A DNA stretch of 64,000 nt from a virus, in UHGV virus genome UHGV-1455077. One strand, given 5' to 3'. How positions within the stretch are numbered: position 1 is the first letter of the stretch; each line of letters opens with the position of its first letter. This document shows, piece by piece, positions 1-9,877 of the stretch. The position numbers and the translations under genes were made by a program. Below the pieces are notes generated by a model that saw nothing but the letters and a program-made list of their open reading frames with translations, ran no database searches and was not told where the DNA came from.

Positions 1-1
1 G

Positions 2-202
2 GTAAATTTATTAAAACCTTATAATAATATTAATTATAGTGTTTTATGTCAATATGCAATGGATTCAAATTCTACTGGAAGATTTTTATCTATTGGAAAT
101 AAAACAAATTCTTCATTCTTAGTTAGAACAGGAGCATCAAATTTAGATTCTTGGAATGGTGGTTATCCAGTACCTTTTTATTGGGAAACCAAAGGATATT
201 AA
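2..202 (+). CDS. 3' end of an upstream ORF (partial, about 66 codons, unknown function)
   Basis: Open frame from the window edge to TAA at 200-202; followed by a palindromic hairpin terminator. Confidence 0.3.
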   Translation, partial: VNLLKPYNNINYSVLCQYAMDSNSTGRFLSIGNKTNSSFLVRTGASNLDSWNGGYPVPFYWETKGY

Positions 203-232
203 AAAAGAGAGGTTTTAAAACCTCTCTTTAAT
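201..232. terminator. Bidirectional rho-independent terminator between the upstream + ORF and nrdD (-)
   Basis: Perfect palindrome AGAGAGGTTTT/AAAACCTCTCT flanked by A-run upstream and T-run downstream, so a U-tract on both strands. Confidence 0.6.
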
Positions 233-2371
233 TTATCCGTGTAACGAATCATCAATAAATGTTCTTCGTTGAAATTCCCAATTTCTTCTTGTTGGATTCC
301 AAGAATCTACTGGAACAAAGAAACCAACAACACGAGTAAAGTATTGCATATGTTCATTATGACCACATTTTGAACAACTTGCAACTTTATGGTCATAAAC
401 TGAACCACACTCTGGACATTTTGAATAAACAGAATTTAATACAAAATGTTCACAACCACATTTAATAGCATATAAAATAATTTTTCTATTTTGTGCCGCT
501 GTTGTTTTAGAACCTAATTGTGCGTGTACAATACCACCACCTGTTAATAACTGATTGTATTTTCCATCAGCTTCCAATTTTTCCCAAATAGTTGCATCTT
601 CCCATAATGGAACAAACTGATTGGCATATAATGGAGCATCAATTATATTATCATTGAAAATTAAATTATCAACTGTTGCCAATCTTACAGCATAGGATTC
701 TCCTGGAATCTGTTCAATATTAGAAAATAAACCTAATTCTTTTGCATATTCTTGTGAATGTTTATTTAAATAAACTAAATAATCATTCATTACATCCTGA
801 CCTTCTTTAATTTCATCAGAAAATTTAGTTTCAAGGATTTTTTTAGCTTCAACAACACCCAGAATACCAAATGTTGAGAATAATCTATCCATACGAATCC
901 AACCACGAGTAATAAATGGTTCAAGACCTTTAGCTTCCATTTTACCAATTAATACTTTATGAGCTTTTAAAACTTTTGCCGCACCACGAATTCTTTTATC
1001 TAAAATTTTATAGAAATCTTCCATTGAATTAGCTTCATATGCAATACGAGCAAAATTAATAGTTACAACACGATGTGAACCCATTGATACAGTTGAGCCA
1101 CCAAATGAATTAACTGTCGAACCCATATCTAATAATTCAGCATCATTAATTAAACGACAACAAGAAGCAACTTTTGTTCCCTTAGAAGTAAAAATATTGA
1201 ATCTTGTAATATCACGTTGGCAAACAAAATCAAAAAAGTTTTCATCTAAGATATTTCCATCATCATCTTTTGAAATATTCATAGTAGTAACAGGAAAACG
1301 ATATGGAATACCATTATTTAATGGGTCACCTTTTTCGTGGAATTTTGCATAAATTTCTTGTAATTCCATAATATAATTAATAACAAAATCTTTCCATTCA
1401 TCAGCAGACATTTTATCTTCTAATCCATTATCAAGAGCAATATCTTTTTTATTTGCAAAATACCATCCATAATTATCTGCACCAACTAAACCTGATAATT
1501 TTACTCTATCAAATAATGAAATATTAGTAAATGGAGATTCTACACCATTTCTCGACAAATGATTTACTGAATGAACAAATGTTTGAAAACAATTTTCAAT
1601 ATATTTTCTCATTGTTGGGTCATTTTTAACAACTTCAAATGGAACACGTTGTTTATAAATTAAAATATGTGCAATATCTAAGAAAAATGTTCCAACAGCA
1701 ATTGCACCTGCTAAATGAGAAGACATCTGATGTACAGTTTCATCTAATGCAGAAATATATGAATCAACACGATGAACAGGGGCAGATGGTAATTGACCGA
1801 ATTTACGACCTTCCATAACTAATTTAGAAGCATCTAATGCCCAACAATATGGAATTAAAATATTAGTTGAATCTGATAAGCCTAATGAAAAATCATATAA
1901 ATCACCAGATAATACTTTAGCTTCGGCTTGACCATATAAATCTTTCATTACTCCATAAAGCATATGATAACCAATCAATTTACGATTAGAAGCAGTAATT
2001 TCATTGTTTACGCCTGCAATTGTCTTTTCATTTTTATTTGAATTATCATCAATTGATACATCATTAACACGTGAATCTAAAATTTTTGCAAAGTTTGCCA
2101 ATGTATCAAAATTGGTAGCATCTAAACCGTGAATATTTAAAATTTTAGATGTTAATTCTTTTAATTCACCATTTGAAAATCCATATTTTTTCTTTAAAGC
2201 TGATGCTAAAGTTTTTTTAATATTTTTAATTGTTCGTGTTGTTTCCGCATTAATTAAAATATCGTCTGAAACTTTATCTAATTCTTTTTTAAAATCTTCA
2301 TCTTCATAGTAAGAATCCACAATAGTTGGACTCTTAACATTTAATATTTTTTTAACTGTCAAATCAGACAT
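233..2371 (-). CDS. nrdD: Anaerobic ribonucleoside-triphosphate reductase (class III RNR) NrdD
   Basis: 712 aa; C-terminal Zn ribbon CGCEH...CPECG and glycyl-radical motif TRVVGFF; AAGGAG RBS; ATG confirmed. Confidence 0.9.
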   Translation of the reverse strand: MSDLTVKKILNVKSPTIVDSYYEDEDFKKELDKVSDDILINAETTRTIKNIKKTLASALKKKYGFSNGELKELTSKILNIHGLDATNFDTLANFAKILDSRVNDVSIDDNSNKNEKTIAGVNNEITASNRKLIGYHMLYGVMKDLYGQAEAKVLSGDLYDFSLGLSDSTNILIPYCWALDASKLVMEGRKFGQLPSAPVHRVDSYISALDETVHQMSSHLAGAIAVGTFFLDIAHILIYKQRVPFEVVKNDPTMRKYIENCFQTFVHSVNHLSRNGVESPFTNISLFDRVKLSGLVGADNYGWYFANKKDIALDNGLEDKMSADEWKDFVINYIMELQEIYAKFHEKGDPLNNGIPYRFPVTTMNISKDDDGNILDENFFDFVCQRDITRFNIFTSKGTKVASCCRLINDAELLDMGSTVNSFGGSTVSMGSHRVVTINFARIAYEANSMEDFYKILDKRIRGAAKVLKAHKVLIGKMEAKGLEPFITRGWIRMDRLFSTFGILGVVEAKKILETKFSDEIKEGQDVMNDYLVYLNKHSQEYAKELGLFSNIEQIPGESYAVRLATVDNLIFNDNIIDAPLYANQFVPLWEDATIWEKLEADGKYNQLLTGGGIVHAQLGSKTTAAQNRKIILYAIKCGCEHFVLNSVYSKCPECGSVYDHKVASCSKCGHNEHMQYFTRVVGFFVPVDSWNPTRRNWEFQRRTFIDDSLHG

Positions 2372-2403
2372 TTAATTCTCCTTAAATCTCAAAAATATTT
2401 TTA

Positions 2404-2919
2404 TTAGTTTTTAAAATAGTATACACCATCTTGACTCAAACAACAATAATTCGAATCAAAAAGTTGCTGATTTGTTGAAGCAAATCTCATATATTCATCC
2501 ATCTTTTCTGAAGGTTGTGCATTATTTTCATCATACAAACCACATTTTACAAATGTAAAATTTTTAACATCCATCATTTTTACATAGTCAATATTATGAC
2601 CAGTATAAACACAAACCTCAAATGGTGATTTTTCAAGAAACTCTTTTGTAAATTGAACATTAAAACAAGATAATGGGTCGCCACCAGATAAAACAATTTT
2701 ATTTGTTCTATGACGTATTGATAATTGTTTTAATTCAGCAATTAATTCATCAACTGAATATTCTTTAGTTTCTGTATTAAAATCTGGATTTTTAAAGTTG
2801 GGGTTTTGACATTTTGGACAACCATTATCACAACCCATCATTACGACAACTAAACTACAATCTTCTTTATCAGGATAATCAAGCCAAGTTGAAGTAATTG
2901 GTTGTAAAATTCTTGTCAT
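2404..2919 (-). CDS. nrdG: Anaerobic RNR activating protein NrdG (radical SAM)
   Basis: 171 aa; CDNGCPKC (CxxxCxxC) cluster near N-terminus; directly downstream of nrdD; GGGAGA RBS. Confidence 0.85.
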   Translation of the reverse strand: MTRILQPITSTWLDYPDKEDCSLVVVMMGCDNGCPKCQNPNFKNPDFNTETKEYSVDELIAELKQLSIRHRTNKIVLSGGDPLSCFNVQFTKEFLEKSPFEVCVYTGHNIDYVKMMDVKNFTFVKCGLYDENNAQPSEKMDEYMRFASTNQQLFDSNYCCLSQDGVYYFKN

Positions 2920-3037
2920 TTTTTATTCTCCCATAGCGAAATGTAATTATATTTATTATTGTTATTGGTTTTTTATTTTATATCAATTTTGTAAAATATT
3001 AAGTAAAATCAATGGTTTAGTGTTTTGTCAATTTCAT

Positions 3038-3448
3038 CTAATTAAAATTTTTTATACTATCAATTAAAACTTGTGAAGTGATAACTTCTTTCAATCTTGG
3101 GTGTAAAGGTTTAGGTGGAAAATCAATATCTACCCACGCATAACCATCATTTTCGTGATTTAACTTTGGAATAAATTCATTATCAGTTAAAAGTAAAAAT
3201 GAATGATATTGAAATTTTTTATCCATAGACGTAAAACAATTAAATGCAATCCATTTATTAATCGGTGGTAAGAACCCAATTTCTTCTTCAATTTCTCTTT
3301 CAAGTCCTTCTAATAAAAATTCATCGTGGTGGACTTTTCCGCCAACTAAACCCCAACGAGAAGGATAAGAACTTATTGAACTTCTCAATAAGAACAAATA
3401 TCTATTTGTATTAACAGATTTAATTAATGCACCTGCCGATTTTATCAT
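3038..3448 (-). CDS. NUDIX hydrolase
   Basis: Nudix box GGKVHHDEFLLEGLEREIEEEIGF (GX5EX7REUXEEXGU); 136 aa. Confidence 0.7.
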   Translation of the reverse strand: MIKSAGALIKSVNTNRYLFLLRSSISSYPSRWGLVGGKVHHDEFLLEGLEREIEEEIGFLPPINKWIAFNCFTSMDKKFQYHSFLLLTDNEFIPKLNHENDGYAWVDIDFPPKPLHPRLKEVITSQVLIDSIKNFN

Positions 3449-3496
3449 TTTAACCTCATATTTTTCTTTATATTAACAAAAATCTTATTTCATTTT

Positions 3497-3534
3497 CAAT
3501 AATAAATATCTATATTATATAAAAGGTTTTAATT
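3497..3534 (+). promoter_or_regulatory. T4-late-like promoter box AATAAATA (3501-3508) plus AAGG leader upstream of the gp13-like gene
   Basis: CAATAATAAATATCTATATTATATAAAAGGTTTTAATTATG; the same arrangement recurs upstream of six other genes. Confidence 0.45.
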
Positions 3535-4308
3535 ATGATAACTGACAATACTAAAGCTCGTGAAAAATTAGCAAATGATATATTAATAAGACTTGGTGAT
3601 ACAATGATTGATGTTGAATTATCACCACAGCAAATTCAAAAATGTATTGATTTAGCATTTGCAAAACTTAAACAGCAAGGTGATGCCTTTGTTGAAGAAT
3701 CATTAGTTTTATTAACTTTAAAGAAAAACCAAAAAGAATATATTCTTCCTGATGAAATAGTTGAAATTCAACAAATTTATCGTAGAAATTATGGAAGAAC
3801 ATATGGTTCTACTGGCGGTCAAAATATTGACCCATTCCAAATGGCTTGGACAAATGTTTATATGGCTGGTGCAATTAATGGAGTTAGAACAGGTGGTTTA
3901 GTAACTTATGAACTTCATAATGATTATTTAAAAACTGCTGGAAAAATGTTTGGTATGTATATCAATTACACTTTTAATGAAAACACACATAAATTAATTA
4001 TTGCTGAAAATCCCCGAGCTGATGATGAAGTTATTCTTCTTCATTCATATGTTGATAAGCCTGAATATGAATTAATTCAGGATAGATATGCTGGTTTATG
4101 GATAGAAAATTGGGCATTAGCTGAAGCTAAAGAAATTCTTGGAACAATTCGTAATCGTTTTGGTAATTTACCAGGGCCAAATGGTACTGTAACTCAAGAT
4201 GGAGCAGAATTAAAACAAGAAGCTAAAACTATGAAAGAAGAATTAACAAAAGAATTAATGAATTTTGTTCCAGGCGGAGATATTCCCTGTATGCCATTTT
4301 TAGGATAA
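3535..4308 (+). CDS. gp13: Neck protein, T4 gp13-like
   Basis: N-terminal ILIRLGDTMIDVELSPQQIQKCIDLAF resembles T4 gp13 [27 protein letters not shown] (recalled from memory); C-terminal region also similar; 257 aa. Confidence 0.5.
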   Translation: MITDNTKAREKLANDILIRLGDTMIDVELSPQQIQKCIDLAFAKLKQQGDAFVEESLVLLTLKKNQKEYILPDEIVEIQQIYRRNYGRTYGSTGGQNIDPFQMAWTNVYMAGAINGVRTGGLVTYELHNDYLKTAGKMFGMYINYTFNENTHKLIIAENPRADDEVILLHSYVDKPEYELIQDRYAGLWIENWALAEAKEILGTIRNRFGNLPGPNGTVTQDGAELKQEAKTMKEELTKELMNFVPGGDIPCMPFLG

Positions 4309-4314
4309 AATATA

Positions 4315-6117
4315 ATGAGATACAACCAAATATTAAATAAAACAATTAACAAATATAATAACTTCCTTTTTAATAAAATATTAAATGAAGGAATTGAAGA
4401 CATAAAAAAATATTTTCCAAAATTAGATGAAAAATCTTTACGTAAATTAATTTCTCTTGACCCAACTTATAAAGGCGGAGAACAATTAGGAAAATATGGT
4501 CAATGGATTATACGTTTATTCTATAATAATATAAAAAATATTGAGCGTAAAAAACAATTTAATGAATTATTACAACAATATCCAGATGGAATTAATCCTA
4601 AAACAGGTCAAAAATTTGAACAACCTAAAATGTTACCTGCTATTAAATCAGAAGATTTAGAAAAAATTCCAAATTCGTTAAAACAATATGAAATATATAA
4701 AAATAAAATTAAAAAGCCTATTGATTTATTTAAAACATTACCAGAATTAGATACGGAACTTGAAAAAATTAAATCATTAGGTATTCCAACAGATAAAAAA
4801 GTATTAGATAGATATAATCTTTTTGAAAAATATGCTGATAAAGGATTAAAGAAAATTTTTGAAAATGCTGATTGGATTATTGCAATTCCAACAAAATTAG
4901 AATGTTCAGTTCCATTTGGTGAATATACTTCTTGGTGTACAACATCACCTCACGGAAAATATTACTATTATTATTCTGATAAAGGATTATTATACATTCT
5001 TTTAAATAAGAAAACAGGGGAATTTTATCAATTCCACTTTGAAACTCAATCTTTTATGGATGCATCTGACAGTAGAATTAATATGGATACTTTTACAGAA
5101 AAATATCCTGACATTGCTAAATTTTTATTTAATTATCAAAAAGATTCTGTTGAAAATAAACCTTCACCTTTAATTCAACTACAAGAAACTTTTTCGGATT
5201 TATTAAAAAATCCAAATGAAATGAATAAAAGATTATTTCCATCAATTCATAATTTTAAAATTGAAGGAGATACAATAACAGGAACTATTGATTCATTTGA
5301 TGAGCTTGAAGATGTATATGATGATAATAGATATTCTATATCATTTGATTGGATTGATAAATTTATTCAAGACCCATATACTACTATAGATTTTCATCCA
5401 AGCTATTCCATTAGTGAAATCCAAAATATGTATATTGGTACCGATTGGGATAATTATGCCAAAAAAAATAATTTAAATATTTCTTTTGATGATTTATGTA
5501 CATTGGTAAGTATTTCTGATGAATTACCACAAAATCTTGAAACATTTTTAAATGAAGAATTTTCAGATTTAGGTGGATTTGTTGATACAGTTACCTCATT
5601 AGAAGAAACAGGAACAATAGATGAAGTTTTTAAACAGATTAAAGATTCTTTAGAATCGAATTTTCCAATATTTAAAAATATTGAATTTATAGATGATAAT
5701 ATTAAAATTTATTTAGAAATGCCTGTTCAATTTGCTTTTACTTATCTTGTTGTTGATAAATTAGGTTTAGATATTTTAGAAAAAGGAAATATTCCTTCTT
5801 ATAAAGAACCTATTCAACAGGAATTTAATTTTAATGAATCTAAATATAAATTTAAAGATGAATGGTATATGCAATGGGTTAAATATGATGACGATGATGA
5901 CCCTTGGGCATATAATGAAGAATATGAAAGAAATTGGTTATATGTTTATCGTTATTCTATAGATGATGGAAATGGTAAATTTAGTATTAGCGAATCAAAT
6001 TATAACTGGTATGGATTTGATGAGTCAGATTGGAAAATTATTTGTAACAATAGCACCGAAGAATTAAAACAATTAATTGGTGATAAAACATTACAAGATT
6101 TTATTAGTCAAGAATAA
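4315..6117 (+). CDS. Hypothetical protein, paralogue family A (SWCT motif family)
   Basis: 600 aa; shares N-terminal and central SWCT...LY.I.NK...DA(S/N)DS regions with minus-strand ORF 29307-31019. Confidence 0.5.
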   Translation: MRYNQILNKTINKYNNFLFNKILNEGIEDIKKYFPKLDEKSLRKLISLDPTYKGGEQLGKYGQWIIRLFYNNIKNIERKKQFNELLQQYPDGINPKTGQKFEQPKMLPAIKSEDLEKIPNSLKQYEIYKNKIKKPIDLFKTLPELDTELEKIKSLGIPTDKKVLDRYNLFEKYADKGLKKIFENADWIIAIPTKLECSVPFGEYTSWCTTSPHGKYYYYYSDKGLLYILLNKKTGEFYQFHFETQSFMDASDSRINMDTFTEKYPDIAKFLFNYQKDSVENKPSPLIQLQETFSDLLKNPNEMNKRLFPSIHNFKIEGDTITGTIDSFDELEDVYDDNRYSISFDWIDKFIQDPYTTIDFHPSYSISEIQNMYIGTDWDNYAKKNNLNISFDDLCTLVSISDELPQNLETFLNEEFSDLGGFVDTVTSLEETGTIDEVFKQIKDSLESNFPIFKNIEFIDDNIKIYLEMPVQFAFTYLVVDKLGLDILEKGNIPSYKEPIQQEFNFNESKYKFKDEWYMQWVKYDDDDDPWAYNEEYERNWLYVYRYSIDDGNGKFSISESNYNWYGFDESDWKIICNNSTEELKQLIGDKTLQDFISQE

Positions 6118-6193
6118 ATAAAATTAATATTGAAACAAATTTTATTTTAGATGTATAGTTTAAATAAAATTTTTGTGTGGGAAATTATAATTA

Positions 6194-8089
6194 ATGAAAA
6201 ATGTATATTTAAGTGATAAATATTTTACGAGCCTTGATGATTTTAATAAGGATTTGATTGCCCACAAGTCAAATTTCTTTAAAGATTATCAAGGCTTTCC
6301 TTTTATATCGCTTTTAAATGCTCTTTCATACAATACTGATTTCAATACAAAAAATTATCGCTGGGGAAAACGTTATTTCAATATGGATAATAAAGATTTT
6401 TGTTGGATAACATCCAATGAGAATAAAAAAATCAATAAATCATTTTGGAATAAAGATACTTTTTCATATGTTTCTAAAGAAATTAATGCATACTTTACAG
6501 ATGTCAATATTAAAGAACATTTTTTATCTTGTTTTAAGCCGCATAGAAAAATTAATTTCTTTTATAAATTATCAAAAAATGAACAAAATGAATTAAAAAA
6601 TTATTCAACATCTTTACAAAATTTATATATGGTATCTGATAAAACCTATGGCTCATCACAACAAATAGGAACAGATATTCTTTTAATTGATATTGATAAT
6701 TATGAAGATAGACACGCTTTAGAAACTTTAAATATGTTTTTAGATTTTGTTAATTTAAAAATTAATGATTTAATTTTTATCGAACAAAATGCATTTACAG
6801 GTGGAATTCACACCGCTTTGAAATTACCTCAAGTAATTTCAAACATAAATTTCTATCCAACTTTAATGAAAGAACTTCAAAAAAATGATATTCGCATAGA
6901 ATGTAATTTCATTAATACCATTTTACGATTTCCATTATCTTTTGAATATGTTGCTATTCAAAAAGATGAACGCATTTTAAATTATGATGAATTTATTCCA
7001 ACACAATTTTGGGAAAATACTTTTGCAGATTATTTAAATAATTTGAATGATAATGTATGTAATTCAAATTATTTAAATGATTTAATTCTTAAAACACATA
7101 ATTTACAACCTGTTAATATATGGGAAAATTATTGGAAAACAAAAAAGAATCTATTCAAAAAAAATCAATCTATTGTTTTTAATAATGAAATTTATAAAAT
7201 TGAAAAAGGCAAAAGATATGAATCAATGTCTAAAATTATTCCATATTGTAAACTTCAAGGAATGAGTTTAGATGAAACTGTCAATACCATATTTGATAAT
7301 AATATTGATTCAAAGGATTTATTGAAATGGTCAAGAGAAAAATTAAAGAAAAATATAGAAAAATTCTTTAATAAATGCCCCGAACAAGCATTTACAACCA
7401 TTAAGAATTATAATAAATCTTTTATTTCTAATTTAGAAAAATTACCAACAATAACTCAAGATTTCTTAAATAATAAAACTTTTAACGAATGGTTTACTAA
7501 CCGTTTTATTAAATTCTATATGAAAGAAAGAAATAAACATAATAATTCTTTTAATTCTTTCTCAACTGAAAAAATAGAAATCTTAAATAAGCAGATACCT
7601 TATTTCTTAAAAGAAATAATTGGTAAAATGTTTTATGAAATTAATACAAATAAAGAATTTATTAATGAAGAATTTAATGTCGTATTGGGTTTTCAAATAT
7701 CTGACACCTATTTAAAAGCTCTACAAGAGCAATCAATTAGTGATTTAGGATTATCTGGTGCATTAGCTAAAACATCATTACAATACCTTAAAAAAGCTCT
7801 TATTAAAGCATTATCATTAACAGAAATTAAATATAAAAATAGAACAAGAAATTGGATGTTAGGTTCTTGTAAGTCATTTCGTATTAAAAACACAAATGAT
7901 TTATACAATCTATTAAACCATCTATTTAGAAGCTGTTTTAATAATATATATAATAAAGAATTTAGAATAAACAAATCTGAATTAAATAATTTACTTATTT
8001 TATATATACAACTCGTTGAAAAATATGACATTGTGCAGTATGATGAAGTAAATTTTATAATTGAAGCTATTCCAAAATATGAAACTTAA
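6194..8089 (+). CDS. Hypothetical protein
   Basis: 631-aa ORF with ATG start; no recognisable motif. Confidence 0.5.
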   Translation: MKNVYLSDKYFTSLDDFNKDLIAHKSNFFKDYQGFPFISLLNALSYNTDFNTKNYRWGKRYFNMDNKDFCWITSNENKKINKSFWNKDTFSYVSKEINAYFTDVNIKEHFLSCFKPHRKINFFYKLSKNEQNELKNYSTSLQNLYMVSDKTYGSSQQIGTDILLIDIDNYEDRHALETLNMFLDFVNLKINDLIFIEQNAFTGGIHTALKLPQVISNINFYPTLMKELQKNDIRIECNFINTILRFPLSFEYVAIQKDERILNYDEFIPTQFWENTFADYLNNLNDNVCNSNYLNDLILKTHNLQPVNIWENYWKTKKNLFKKNQSIVFNNEIYKIEKGKRYESMSKIIPYCKLQGMSLDETVNTIFDNNIDSKDLLKWSREKLKKNIEKFFNKCPEQAFTTIKNYNKSFISNLEKLPTITQDFLNNKTFNEWFTNRFIKFYMKERNKHNNSFNSFSTEKIEILNKQIPYFLKEIIGKMFYEINTNKEFINEEFNVVLGFQISDTYLKALQEQSISDLGLSGALAKTSLQYLKKALIKALSLTEIKYKNRTRNWMLGSCKSFRIKNTNDLYNLLNHLFRSCFNNIYNKEFRINKSELNNLLILYIQLVEKYDIVQYDEVNFIIEAIPKYET

Positions 8090-8188
8090 ATAATAACTTA
8101 AAAAATTGATTGACATAATTAAAAATATATGATTTATTGTAAAAAAAGTAACAATGAATGAGTTTTATAATGTTTAGAGGAAATTAAT

Positions 8189-8446
8189 ATGTCTTTTTTA
8201 AGTTTTGTAATTTTATATTTTTTAATTGGTTTGGTAGCTATTGGCATTATGTATATATGCGATGAGGATAATTTGTTAAATATAAGAAATGATAAAGTTC
8301 TTCAAGAAAGTTTATTTTTAACTTATATATTTTGGATAGTTTTCTTTTTGATATATTTATTATATGGTTTTGTAGGTCGTTTTATGAGATGGTATATAAA
8401 TTTGTTGGAAAATATATGTATAAGAAAAAATAATTTGAAAAAATAG
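8189..8446 (+). CDS. Small membrane protein (2 predicted TM helices)
   Basis: 85 aa; hydrophobic segments FLSFVILYFLIGLVAIGIMYI and IFWIVFFLIYLLYGF. Confidence 0.35.
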   Translation: MSFLSFVILYFLIGLVAIGIMYICDEDNLLNIRNDKVLQESLFLTYIFWIVFFLIYLLYGFVGRFMRWYINLLENICIRKNNLKK

Positions 8447-8494
8447 AAATATATGTGATAAACTTCTCATTATAAAAATATAGAGGAGTTTATT

Positions 8495-8860
8495 ATGTCT
8501 TTAAATAAAGAAATTTTAACATCAATTTTAAAAGAAAATATTTGTGATGTAACATTTACAAAGAAAGATGGAACAGAGAGGGTGATGAAATCAACATTAA
8601 TGGAAGAATATGTTAAGCCATTACTTACACCATCTGATACTAATGATACCAAAACTGAACGTAAAGAAAATCCAAATCAGGTTAGAGTTGTTGATTTAGA
8701 GAAAAAGGCGTGGAGAAGTTTTAATGCTGATACAGTTAAAGGTATAACTTTGACAGAGATTGTTAATGAAGGTGTGGCTTCTATTGATTCAACACAAGAA
8801 ACTGATAAACCTTTAACAGATAATACATCTGATGAAAATATATTAATGGAAGCAAAATAA
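8495..8860 (+). CDS. Hypothetical protein
   Basis: 121 aa; AGAGGAG RBS 7 nt upstream. Confidence 0.5.
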   Translation: MSLNKEILTSILKENICDVTFTKKDGTERVMKSTLMEEYVKPLLTPSDTNDTKTERKENPNQVRVVDLEKKAWRSFNADTVKGITLTEIVNEGVASIDSTQETDKPLTDNTSDENILMEAK

Positions 8861-9154
8861 ATGAAATTAGCGAATTTAAAATTATATCAAATTCGTAAGT
8901 TGCCTGAATGTTATTGGGTTCAACATCCAATGCAGTTAGGTGGAACTAAAGAAACAAATAACGCAAAATATATTAATGCTACAATATTTCAATTAAATAA
9001 TGAAAATATATTATATGGAATGAAACATTATATGTTATATGATGAAGACCATATTTTTACAGAATTACAAGAAGCTATAGATTATTGTACTGAAAATGGA
9101 TGGGTTTATCATCTTAAAGAAAATTATAATTATAAAGGATTAGAGAATGGTTAA
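8861..9154 (+). CDS. Hypothetical protein
   Basis: 97 aa; start abuts previous stop. Confidence 0.4.
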   Translation: MKLANLKLYQIRKLPECYWVQHPMQLGGTKETNNAKYINATIFQLNNENILYGMKHYMLYDEDHIFTELQEAIDYCTENGWVYHLKENYNYKGLENG

Positions 9155-9821
9155 AATAATTGAACCAAGTGTTGAAATCGTAAGTGAAATTAATTCGGAT
9201 AAAATGTTAAAACAGATTGAAAAATGTGTCAGAAATTGTTATAAATCTGAAAATAATATTACTGAAGATACAACATCTGCTGTTAAAATGATTGGTAAAT
9301 TGATTGAAATGGGTCATACTGCAATGATTGAATTTGCTGATGTTATTGTTAATCTTCATTGTGATGTTGGTGTTTATAAAGATTTAACACGTCATCGTCA
9401 TTGCAGTTTTGCTATTGAATCTACAAGATATTGTAATTATTCTAAAGGTAAATTTGGAAATGAAATTTCTGTAATTAAACCTTGTAATATGGATGAAAAT
9501 TCTGGAATTTATCATACTTGGCTTAAAGCAATGAATGATATGGAAAGAGCATATATGCAGATGGCAGAAATTGGTGCAACACCTGACCAATTAAGAATGA
9601 TTCTTCCACACAGTACAGCCGCAAGTGTAATGATGAAAGCTAATATTAGAGAATGGCGACATATTTTTAATTTAAGATGTGCTAAAGCGGCTCATCCATC
9701 TGTTAGACAGATTATGCTTATGACTTTAAATGAATTTCATAATAAAATTCCAGTTTTATTTGATGATTTATATGAGCAATTTAAATTTGATATTGATGAT
9801 GTAAATAATAAAAAAGATTGA
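9147..9821 (+). CDS. thyX: Flavin-dependent thymidylate synthase ThyX
   Basis: ThyX signature LTRHRHCSFAIESTRY (RHRx7S...RY) and GHTAMIEFA region; 224 aa. Confidence 0.85.
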   Translation: MVKIIEPSVEIVSEINSDKMLKQIEKCVRNCYKSENNITEDTTSAVKMIGKLIEMGHTAMIEFADVIVNLHCDVGVYKDLTRHRHCSFAIESTRYCNYSKGKFGNEISVIKPCNMDENSGIYHTWLKAMNDMERAYMQMAEIGATPDQLRMILPHSTAASVMMKANIREWRHIFNLRCAKAAHPSVRQIMLMTLNEFHNKIPVLFDDLYEQFKFDIDDVNNKKD

Positions 9822-9831
9822 CAAATTAAAT

Positions 9832-9865
9832 AAAGTGTGATATTGTAGTATCACACTTTATTTTT
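9832..9865 (+). terminator. Rho-independent terminator after thyX
   Basis: 11-bp perfect stem AAAGTGTGATA/TATCACACTTT, 6-nt loop, then TTTTT. Confidence 0.75.
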
Positions 9866-9877
9866 AGGAAAAAAATT

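Noticed and set aside
4194-4403. Short antisense or embedded ORFs in the six-frame track, including this one, 7708-8031, 9384-9590, 10365-10667, 11164-11427, 11552-11758, 19447-19707, 24297-24632, 25677-25886, 30227-30421, 32347-32670, 37132-37371, 39415-39981, 41761-42057, 42418-43036, 49915-50256 and 59388-60224
   Set aside because: They lie wholly within much longer, motif-supported ORFs on the other strand or in another frame, have low-complexity Phe/Ile/Leu/Asn-rich products typical of out-of-frame reading of AT-rich DNA, and lack an RBS.
8110-8138. TTGACA hexamer upstream of ORF 8189
   Set aside because: No acceptable -10 at 16-18 nt spacing (TTTATT or GATTTA).
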